A DNA stretch of 64,000 nt from NCBI RefSeq assembly GCF_964204645.1, contig NC_134031.1, positions 15,053,807 through 15,117,806 of the forward strand. Direction: 5' to 3'. The position numbers and the translations under genes are program-made. Source of the DNA: Tubulanus polymorphus (taxonomy: Eukaryota > Animalia > Nemertea). The notes beneath the pieces are model-generated. The model saw only the letters and a list, made by a program, of their open reading frames with translations. It did no database searches and was not told the origin of the DNA. Positions 41,301 through 53,300 of this stretch are shown piece after piece. Every line of letters begins with the position of its first letter. The first letter of the stretch is position 1.

Positions 41301-44300
41301 GCTCGTGGCTCGTGATCTCCGCGTCGAGGCGTTTGTGTTTCTTACGTAGATTCTGAACACCGGTTAAATCTTTACCGAAATCATCCGAACCGACCAGTAA
41401 TTTCTTCTCTCTACAAACGTTAAAATAATATCATCATCAATATCATTGTTTTATAAGCTGAACCTAATCTAAACTAGGCTTCATTCAGAACCTAGATCCC
41501 AGTGGCTCGAAAGTTCAAGAGTCATATTTAATCAATGTAAGTCAATCTAATCAATAACAATCAACAACTCAAGATTCCCCAGAACGCAAAGCATTAAATG
41601 TAGAAGATCAATTATTTTCAGTCTTTACCTGATCCAAGCTTCTTCATCATCAACATCTCGGAAGAATTGATGTAAAGTATTCGCTTCATTCAATCTGACT
41701 CTTCTGTGCTCGCATCTCTCTTTTACTCTGAAAATACAAATCCACCATTGTTCAGTTCAACCCGTCGTGAACTCTGAGTGAACGTGCAACTCTTCGCGAA
41801 CTCCGAGTGAACATTACTATAGAAATTAATGAACTCCGAGTGAACGTTTCTATATGAATTAATGAACACTTACGTCTCGTAACGTTCATTAATCGTTTTC
41901 TTGCGTTCGAGAATGGCGTCCGCGTCGCCGACCCCGGATTCGATGAATAAATCGGCGTGATTATTCAAATCGTTCAATCGATCCTCGTGCGCCTCGACCT
42001 CGGCTTCAATGATCTGATGTTTCTTCAGTAGATGTTGAACGGACGACAGGTCCTTGCCGTAGTCCTCGCTCTCGAGCATGTGTTCCGCCTCGCCGAGCCA
42101 GAATTCCATATCCTTGACGGCGGCGTTGTAAACGGCTTGACGATTCGCCTCTTTCAGTTTCTCGCTCTTCTCGCGGGATTTAGTGATCAGATACTCCCAT
42201 TGTTCGGTCAGGTTTACGATACGCGAATTCACGGCGTCCTCCGAACCCAAACATTGCTGACGTTCTATCAATTCTATACACGATAAACAAACACAATCTC
42301 AGTTACTAAAGATTCAATGATCTCAGCGAAATCACGTTTATCTCAAAGGATGAAAATGTAGCAATCTTTTCTAGAACTTTATCGAGTGGTTGTATCACGG
42401 TAAAACCTATGGAAAATATAGAGTGAGGGGTGTGGGGGAATGATAAGAGCGTTCGACTCTGTGAAGCCAGGTCATTGGTACGAACCCCGTACACTACTGT
42501 AGTGTCCTCGGGCACAGCACTTATCATTGCCTCTCTTCACCCACGAGTAAATAAGTACCCGGTCTGATAGATGACTCCTGAGCGCCTAGCAGCAGCAGCT
42601 CAGATGTTACATCTCCCCAGTAAGAGATGACTGATAAATGGTTAAGAGTTTATAGGCCGGGGGCAATATTACTGAAAAGTTGAGTACTCAGAGCTTAGTT
42701 GTCGAATAAACACTATAATCCGTGTATACTGTAGATAAATGAAGAAATCCCACACTTCGAATTTAAAATTATACGATCAAATTTATTATTATGAAACCAC
42801 AACGTTTCGGCTGTTGACTAACAGCCATCATCAGGTGGAATGGATCGTATAAATTTAAATTCAAAGTGAGGGATTTCTTCATTTATCTAGCTTAGCTGGA
42901 TTTAGCGCTATATAAGACACATCTTTATCATTTTTATTAGAAAGCTAGAGGGGAATATAAACTTACTTTCTCCGGCCGACAGAACTTGTTTCAATCGATC
43001 GGAATTAGCCGCCAACTCAGCTTCGAACGCCTGATGTTTTTGATGTTTCGATTGGACGTTCGTCGGATCTCGATAAGACTCTTCGGTCGCCATCTGTAAA
43101 CGTTCCGTTAACCAAGCTTCCATCTCATCGGCGTCGCGAGAGAATGATTGCATCGTCTGAGCTTCATTCAGTTTGCTACGGTTCTCGATCAATTGTTCTT
43201 TCAGGTTACTCCATCTATTCAAATATAAATATAACGCTCGGTCGTCAGTTTTATTTTACATCTTAACTTTCTTTTATCTTCCATCCTGCCCTCTCCCTCC
43301 TTTTTCATCCCTCTCCCTCTCTGTCTCCTCCATCCCTTTCTGGGCCCAGTGTCACAAAAATGTTAAACTAAAATTTTTGGTGTAATTGCTATATTTGGTT
43401 ACGTCATATTTTCAATGAGGACAACAATTCAAACTTAACTGAATTAAGCTTAAACTTTTTCATGAGACTGACCCCCCTCTCTCTGCTGCCCACTCCCTAA
43501 ATCCTCTCTCCCTCTGCGTCACCCCCTATCTGGCCCCTCTCTCACCCTAACTTTCTCTGTCCCTCTCTCCCTAACCTCCCTCTCTCCTTCCCTCACTTTC
43601 CCTCTCTCCCAATATGTCTCTCTGCCTTCTCCCTCAGTCTCAGTCTTCCTTCCTCTTTCCGCCCTTTAACCTCTCTTCTTTCCTTCACCTCTCTCTCCAT
43701 TCCCATGCCTCACTCCACCCTTCTCTCCTACTTTCTCTTACCTGTCAAGAACCTCTGCTTTCTTGGCGTCAATCTTATCGCCGTCGTAGTGATCGGCGGC
43801 GGTAAGCTGATCGGCGAAATTCTGAAGCGCCGATATTTTCTCTTCCTGAACGTTGATCGCTCGGTCGAAATCTTCGTGTTTCTTAATCATGCTATCCACG
43901 TTTTCGCCGTCGGTGTTATCACCGCTCAACGACGTCTCGCGAGTCGCCATCCACAACTCGGCCTGTTCGCAATCTCTCAGGAACAACTGCATCTCTAAAC
44001 ACTGGTCGAGTTTAGCGCGACGCGCGACCCACGCTCTGAAAATATATCGATACATCAATTGCCTGTAACTGGATTCATAGAATGGTATCAACTTGAACCT
44101 GGGGGCTAACTCAATTCATAGCCAATTGAGTTAATCCTCAGGTTAAAGTTGATACCAGTCTATAAAACTGGCCCCTGAGGTCAGCTTTTTACTACCCCAG
44201 ACTACCCTTAGCTCCTGGGACTGGTTTTATAGACTGGTATCAACTTCAACCCGAGGCTAACTCAATTGATTGTCAATTGAGTTAAACCCCCGGGTTTAAG

Positions 44301-47300
44301 TCAATACCAGTCTATAAAACTGGGCCCTGAGGACAGCTTCTTACTACCCTAGCCTGGCTTAACTCCTGAGATCAGCTTTACTCAGCCAAGTTTATAAACT
44401 AGGAGGCTACGGTAGCTTTGATAACTACAATTTAGGCTTAGGAACTAACGAATTGAGGGGTTGATTATATGAATCGTCGATGTTTATAAACGTACTTTTC
44501 GAGGTCCTCTCTAGCGTTTGCGAGTTCGTCGAGTTTATCTTTCACCTCGTCGCTGGCGTAGTGATTATTCTGTAATAGTTGATTACCGAACATCTCGAAT
44601 GCCTGGAACGTTCCGGCGCGAGCGTCAATCTCTGTTCGGTGCTCCTGAAATATAACATCGATTCATCGTTATAGTCGTGACTCAATCTCAGCTCATCTAA
44701 CTGGCCAGCTGTATGATACTGGATCCAATTCCACCGTTTCGAGTAATGCTAAGCTCAGGTTGACTTTAGACCTGATCATCTCGTCGGGAAACTTTTCGAC
44801 GAGTTTACTTACAACCGCGACGAATAGATCGCAGACCCGTCGTAAGCCAAATCGCTAGGATAGAACAAGTACTATTTTCTACGACCCAATCAGATCGTCA
44901 TAGCCAATCAGCGACAATTAATGCGTCACATGACCTTAACCCTTTCAGTGCTGACTAATCAATACCCTATAGTGCAGAAGATAATTTGAAAATTTTAAAG
45001 AATTCCACCCTAGTGTATTGAATAACAGGAATACCAGTATAGTGCGTCTACACCGCGGTGCAGTGTATCGTTAGTTACTAAGCACTGCACTACTTAGCAC
45101 TGAAAGGGTTAAACTGTGTGATGATCGAGTTGTAGTTGACCTGAGTGCTCCTACAACGATGCGACAAACCAATCGGCAATCACGTGTTTATTACTAACAG
45201 TTCCTAACTAAAAGTTCGTAAGTCAACCTGAGCTTAGCTTTAGATTTAACTCTTGAGTTGATATTTGTTCATATCCAATGTTAATGACTCTTAATCTAAC
45301 TCGAAACTGTGCAACTGGGTCCCGGACTCATTAATTCTATTTAAATGTATTTTAGGTATTTAATTTCTACATACATCTGATTCGATTTAAGTTGATTTAA
45401 GAGTTAAACTTTAACTGAAACTTGGTACTGATATTTACAAGTCTTTTTTTTATATTTTCAATTTTATTTTCATTCATCTTAAAAACTTTGAGGTTACGTT
45501 TAAATATTTCTAGTATTTCTGACGACGAAAACGAACAACATTGAAATCTATTATTTAACGGGGACGAGGGTAATTCGTATTGAGAAGGAATTTCATTATC
45601 TGTGGTTTTTTCTGTTTGTCATTAACTAATTCATCATCACAAATTAATTACACCAGCAACTCAAAAACAACGATCGATAATTTTTCGATTTTTCAAGAAA
45701 GTAAAGGACACGACAAATGAACGTACAACAACACGCGTCGATCGAGAGAACGAGAGTCAGTGGCATCTTATAACACACATCTAACACGAAACACGATTTT
45801 AAAACTAAATATTTCTTTAAAATATTTTAAATGATGAATTCAATCCGATGAATTCCTCGCGTCGAGAAACGGTCCATTCTCCGAATGAAACATTCGCGGC
45901 TATTCAGTGACGATCGTAATCGTAAACGATGCCGATTATTAAGAAGGCTGCTACTACCATATCTCCTGATGACATCATCGAAATGAGTAAATAATCGAAA
46001 GGTATATTTCGGATATCCAGGGTTTCCGTGATGGTTAAAAAATCATTTCACAAATCTTCGGAGTAATTTTTCAGCATCTGGGGTTAATGGGACCACTTTT
46101 GGCTGGGGCAAAATGTACGTTCAACGGTGAAAAAAAAACAGCCCCATGGAAACCCTGGGTATCGATACGAGCAGCCATCTTTATCACGGATCGATGATTC
46201 TGTAAAGGAAGGCGGAGAAAGGGAGGGAGGGAGGAGGGGGGTAGGGTTTAATGAACTGAATCATGCCACGCTTCTCGTTATAATCAATTATCTCTACCTG
46301 ACCCAATATTGAACGACTGTCGAGATCGACAGAGAAATTCTGCAAAAATATTTTCAACATTTAATAACGTGAGGTTAAAACGGCACCGGTGCAAATAGGT
46401 CAACTCTGTCTGTCAACTAGTTCATCGCACAGTCCATTAGAGGTCTCTCCATTTACAACATCGAAAGCAACATTTAAATCTTTTACCAAAGATTATGCTT
46501 CATTAAGATCATTTTTCATGTTTTTTTAGCCCGAGAGTCATTTTAGCACATCGTATTTCAAATTGAAGTATTTTATTTCGCCGTTAAAATCAATATTGTT
46601 TCATTGATGTTAATTCGATATTAATTCTTCGATTACAATTCCTAAAGTTAGTATAATTACTAGAGGTAGGTACATGTTAAATGTTAGTATTTTTCAGTTC
46701 ATCTTGAGGAAAGTCGATGTACGCGATTTGCTCACCTGGTGGCGCTCTAGCAGAGCCTCGGCTCCCGTGACGTCTTTAGCGAGTTCGTCCGAGGAGACGA
46801 CGGACATCATGCTGTTAATCCACGACATCAAATCTCTGAAATCGCTGAGGAATCGTTGAAGATCGTACGAATCCAATAACTTTGATTTCCTCGCATCGGC
46901 CTAAAATTAAAACATTAACGGCTTCAAATTCTCTACGTCCAGTTTGAGTAAAATATCGAGAAATACAGTCAACTGCTTGAACTCAGTTCCACAATTCATG
47001 CATAAAATTTGATTTATTTTTAGGGTTGAAACATCAGAAATGAACTGATTTTGGCTCAAGAGTCGAACTTAACTGTTGAAGTTTGACTCTAGCCGTAAAA
47101 TAAGCTTAATTTCAAAATATTTCAACTACCCGATAGTTGAAGAATGGGTTGCGAACAGTGGAACTGGACCAGAAACTGTGCAACTGGGTTGTGAACAGTG
47201 GAACTGGATCAGAAAATATGGAACTGGGTCACGAACAGCGGAAATGGACCAGAAACTGTGGGACTGGGTTGTGAACAGTGGAACTGGCCTACTAACTGTG

Positions 47301-50300
47301 GAACTGGCCTACTAACTGTGGAACTGGGTCCAAAAACTGCGGAACTGGGTTGTGAACTACGGAACTGGCCCACAAACTATAGAACTGGGTAGTGAACTGC
47401 GGAACTGGGTAGTTGTAGTACTCACCTTGCCAGTAAGACTGTTCCATTTCTCATTGAGATCAGTTTGATGATGGTAAATCTGTTCGGCCTGATCGGGATG
47501 CGTTTGCATCAGACGGTTAGCGGTCTCGTCGAGGACGCGTACTTTATCGCCGAGCGCGGCGAGGTCTCGTTCGACGCCCTCGTGTTTACGCTGCAGACGC
47601 TGCACGGTTGACAGATCGTTACCGACGTTATCGGTGTTCAACGCGTGGTCTTTCTCTTCGATCCAATCCAACGTTTCATCGACGTCTCTACAATCAAAAC
47701 AAAATTTGATACTATAAATAAATCAGGGACGAGAACCAGGGATTATGAAAAAAGCAGGACTTTTGATGAAAGTTTCTGTTAATTAGGCACTAAGCTCAAA
47801 GTGGGGGTTCCCAGCATGATTTCCTCAACAGCCCCATTTCAATTCTAGATGGCAGCACGAACTGGTTATTTTTTCACAGTAGTTTATATTAGCGATACCA
47901 GATGGCAGCACCTAACGAAAATCTTTGGGCGAAGTACCGTCGCATGCTAAATATTCTTGTGAGCCGAAACACAATGCTAGACACAGCAAAGCTTCCACCC
48001 CCCTCCCCCATCAATTTCTCAACGGATCTGGACAATTTGGAAAGCTTGTTTCTCATCACAAAAAAGCGGGAACCGCCTAAAAGCAGGAAATTCTCATCCC
48101 TGATAAATAGATGAAACTGGATCAAAATTCCCTAACTTTACAGGAGTCAGAATTCCCTGATTTTCCCTGCAAGGAAAAATAATTCTGAAATTCCCTGATT
48201 TTCCGATCTGTAAGAAACCAGTCTGGTGAATCATTTAGAAGTAGAATAATGGTCGTTCTTGAAACCCCCAATGACATCCTTAATCAAATAGCGCTGTTTT
48301 AGAGGATAAAACAAGGCCTTAACCATGAACTCAATAGATTATCCTCCCGTTGGTGGCCGCTATAAAATCCCCAAATGACATCATTAAAGCGCCGAGTCAT
48401 TTAAGTAGAATAACGGCCATTCTTGAATCCCCCTATGACATCATCAATCAAATAACGCTGTTTTAGAGGACAAAAGATGTCCTTAACCACAAACTCGAAT
48501 GATTATCCTCCCATTTAAGATGGTGGGCGCTTTAAAATCCCCCTATGACATCATCAAACAGTCGAGTCATGTAAGTAGAATAATGGCGGTTCTTGAATCC
48601 CCCTACGACATCATCTAAACGAACCTGAGATATCGTTGTACTTCGTGCGAGCTCATCAGATTATCGGCTTTCTCTTGCGTCACCTGTTCCAACGCGGTCC
48701 AACGTTCGTTCAGGTTCTGCACGTGCACTCTCATCTTGTCGGCCGACTCGACCTGACCGAGGGCTTCCAGCGTCTCGGCGATCGTGTTCATCTCCATCAA
48801 TCGCGCTTCGTTCGTTTTCAGGTCCTTCTGGAAATCTTCGAATTTGCGCTGCTGGTGTTCGACGTGCTCCAGATCGGTCGGCACGACCTCGGTAACGGCG
48901 ATCGTCTCCTGAAATACCGCGACGATAACAACACGAAATCAGTTACTAATTCGAATTTCAAACGCACCCCAAAATATCGTTTACTTAATATCAAGATTTT
49001 ACGAAGGAATCTTTTCCATTTAGATTTACTAATTCGTTTTTATCGAAAATATCTTTTTGCACGAAAACCATGCGTTTAGTCGGAATAAACACGCCATTCA
49101 AATCGAAGGATTCAATCATCCAATTCTAAATAACCATACAGTAACCGGTAACCATGAATCTAAAAATCAACTCAATTCCGGGCAGTTTACGGAACGATTA
49201 ATTCTGATTGGTCTAATCTATTCTATGTGCACTAAACTCCGCGGGTAATTTAATTCGATCATGATCATTTTCGATTTGATTCGGATGAATTTGTGCAGGG
49301 GATCGTTAAACGAAAAAAAAAAAAGAAGAGAACCAGACCCTGAAACGATGGAAATTTCTCGTAATAAACTTCGGTAAAAATAACCGTCGATAATTAATAT
49401 GTATCTCATGCTTAGAGCGCGTGCAAAATAAAAGCTATTTCAAACGTCTAAAACAATGATAACAATAATATAATCAGTTTGCGGTGATTTGTTATTGAGT
49501 GATTCAGAGATCACGTAAGCGTGTGCAACTCAGGGAGAAGCATCTTAAAATACTTAGGGGTCATTTTAGACCCGTTTTATGGTCATTTGAACGGTCAGCT
49601 CTTTGGGTTAATTTTTTTTTTGTCTTTTTAAGATTCTCAGGTAATACATACATGTGTATTTATAAACATATATATAGATATATATACATATCTGATATTG
49701 AAAGTTTTGGAAGCTAGTGATTTTATAGACATCCACAGAAAAACAATAGTTGCTTCCGTAATTTCAGCAGATACATGTATAAACATGAAACACACACGTT
49801 TCTTTATGTTTTCAGAGAAGAGAGAGAGAGAGGGAGAGAGCAGAGAGAGAGAGAGAGAGAGCACAGTAGTAATGTTTAGTTTAAGATGCGCAGCTATAGG
49901 ACACAAATTCTACAGGATTTTTATTACTCCATCACAGAAAAAACTCGATAGAAATACGAACAATTGTGAAAATTCTTCTGTTATTTGAATTCGCACAAAC
50001 GTCGAAATCTACCGAGTTTTTTTCGCGAAAAATAGACAATTTTGACGAGATTTTTTTTTGGGGATAAAATCAGGTTCTTTTTTGTCTATTTCAACTACTA
50101 AAGTTCTGTTAAATATAAGCTAAAAACCGCACCAGATTTTCCATCAAAAATTAGAACAAAATCTCAGTCGATTTTTTTAGATTTTTTCCCCTCAAAATTC
50201 GTGGAAATCTGACACAGTTTTTTCTTCTAAAGCTAGAATGACAACAACGTAAATAGTAATGAATACTTCTACACAGAATATAAAAACAACTAGAGACCTG

Positions 50301-53300
50301 AACTTCCTGCAAATAAATAAACAAATCAAACATTTAAAAACAATGAACAACAAACAATAACAGTGTGTGGTGTGAAAACAGAGTCAAATGACTCTCGGAG
50401 TCACTGCCGGTGAGGAGTGAGGGAACTGACAATCTTCGTAACGAGTGAAATCGCTGTGAGGACGATTTCCGATTGGTCGAACGCATTCGAAATCCGACCA
50501 ATCGGCGTCAAGCTCTGATGTAATAAACGCACACGACCTGTTCGGAGATCGACATGATCCTACTGTACGAGACGATACCACCGGCGACACCTGGTGTTAC
50601 TTCGGCACCGGCGACACCTGGTGTTACTTCAGCACCGGCGACACCTGGTGTTACTTCTGCACTGGCGACACCTGGTATTACTTCAGCACCGGCGACACCT
50701 GGTGTTAGTTCACCACCGGCGACACCTGGTGTTACTTCCGCACCGGCAACACCTGGTGTTAGTTCACCACCGGCGACACCTGGTGTCGATCGATGATATG
50801 TAACGTAATACTCGTTATCGGAAACGTAATGTCGAGTCGGATGCAGTTCCATGGTTACCGAGGGCGACAGAATCGACCAATCGTACGACTCGTCCTCGTA
50901 ACTGTTAATCTGCGGTCGCAACAAAATATAACCGATTATGAAAACCGGGGTCAGGCCGACCCGCGGGCGGGGAAGGGGCGGACGACCTAGTGTTAAATAC
51001 AGACAATATTCACGGCGACACGTAGCGACACCTGGTGAGCGAATGAATGAACGATCGATCGATACTTTTTTTTAAGCTCTACGTACGACAAAAATCTACA
51101 GAAAATCTACTACGATGTAAAACATTTATGATAAAAGCTTGCGGCGCCGAGATAAGAAGAGACAGAGAGAGAGAGAGATACAGAGGAAGAGAGAGTTTAC
51201 CTTCTCTGAGATCCATTGAGTTAATTCGCTAGCCTCACGCACTAACTGGAACGCACGATTCGACTCTTTCAATTTGTTCGTTCTCTGCTGACCGAGATCG
51301 AGCAAATTCTCATATCTGCAAATAATCGATTACAATCTATAGGTTTGATCGTTGTTTCAGAATGCACCTAATTTCACGGTTTACTTTGTATCTTCCAGTG
51401 AAGTAACATTTACAGTATGAATCACGGTAAATATGTTGCAAGAGAGATTTTTGAGTTTAATTTCGGCATTTCATGTTTTATAAATCAGTGACACAATTAA
51501 CACTAACCATTTCTAGAAACATTCATGCCTCTACTTTATAACTGAGATGACGAAATCCCAAAATCCATACTCTAAACCTGTGGACCTGTATATTTTTTTG
51601 TCAGAAATATAACATACTCTAATTTCGAACTACTATAAACTGTAATTTTATCAATTTCTACATGTATCTTCCAATGAAGTAACATCTACAGTATGAATCA
51701 CGGTAAATATGTTGCAAGAAAGATTTCAGTTTAATTTCAGCATTTTATGTTTTATAAATCAGTGACACAATTAACACTAACTATTTTCATATAGAAACAT
51801 TGATGCTTCAAGTTTATAACTGAGATGACAAAATCCGTACTCTTGATTTTGAGTTTGGTGAGCATCATTTGCAGATACGATCAGTTTATTTCAAATGTTA
51901 TGACTCAAAATAACTGTGGACCTGTATGTTATGTTGTCAGATCTTAATTCATGCCTACTACTAACTGTAATTTCATCAATTTTCATATGTATCTTCCAAT
52001 GAAGTAATATTCACAGTATGAATCACGGTAAATATGTTGCAAGAAAGATTTCAGTTTAATTTCAGCATTTTATGTTTTATAAATCAGTGACACAATTAAC
52101 ACTGACTATTTTCATATAGAAACATTGATGCCTCCAGTTTATTACTGAGATGACAAAATCCATACTCTTGATTTAGAGTTTGGTGACCATCAGGACCCAG
52201 TGAGTTCTACAGTAGTTGATTTGGGATCAAATTGGTTATTTTCAAATGTTTAGACTCAAAATAACTGTGGAGTCGATCTGTTTATTGTATCTTGATCTAG
52301 ACCTACTGCTAACTGTAATTTCATCAATTTCTACATGTATCTTCCAGTGAAGTAATATTCACAGTATGAATCACGGTAAATATGTTGCAAGAAAGATTTC
52401 AGTTTAATATCAGCATTTTATGTTTTATAAATCAGTGACACAATTAACACTGACTATTTATATATAGAAATATACATGCTACTGGTCAGTTTCAGTTACT
52501 GCCCCAGACAGGTCTAATGAAGCCTGGACAGTTCGGGCAATATGGGGGCTATAGGGGCTCCTATCTCCCCAGTTAACCCGATTCGAAGACGATTTTAAAC
52601 TTACTGATTTTCGATTTGTCGCTGTCTCGTCGATACGGTGTACTCATCGGCGAGATTGGATTGACTCGATGAAAGGGCGCCCTCTGTACGTCTGACGTAA
52701 GCCGCCGGTACGAAACCTTGTCTGTCGTTTACTTCCACTTTCCACCAATCCTACAATACATATACATACAATACAGGGCACGCCTACAAACGGGAGGGAG
52801 TCAACAGAGTTAGTGGCATTCATGGGCAAATATCGCAGTGCAGTGTTCTCCACAACAGTTTTTTTGAAGGCTGCCACCCCTTTCATATTTACATCCACCC
52901 CTCTGAAAATCAGCCACCCCTTATAAAATATCGGCTGCCCGTACCAGAGCGGAAATCAATATTCTATCGATGCCTACAAATGCTTTGAAATACATTGAGC
53001 TAATTGTGCAAAATATCACACCAAAATTAAGCTTAATTTTCTGGGTTTTTTTTTTTAGGGGATTGGAAGCCTTGCTACTTCAGCAGCCCCGATGTCATAC
53101 ACTTATCAATGAATGTAGCCCCTTTAAAATTCCAGCATATGGAGAACACTGCAGCGGTGCTGGAAGTGCAGCGACAAAGGCCTTGGCAATTACTTACTGA
53201 ATGACATTTTTTTTTAATATCACATTTTTGACGAAATTGAAGTGCCGGTGAATTGGCTGCGGTTACATATCAGAACTTGTCAAAAATTGGCAATTGCTTC

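Noticed and set aside
45958-45965. Possible 8-nt microexon cag|GAGATATG|gtagta
   Set aside because: It is not a multiple of three and has a weak polypyrimidine tract, so it cannot be supported without RNA data.
37034-49079. Plus-strand ORFs overlapping spectrin exons (for example 37034-37615 and 48636-49079)
   Set aside because: They are antisense shadows of codon-biased spectrin exons.
52605-52750. Apparent frameshift after the spectrin SH3 domain
   Set aside because: Re-reading gives GAG GGC GCC CTT TCA (EGALS...), so the frame is intact.
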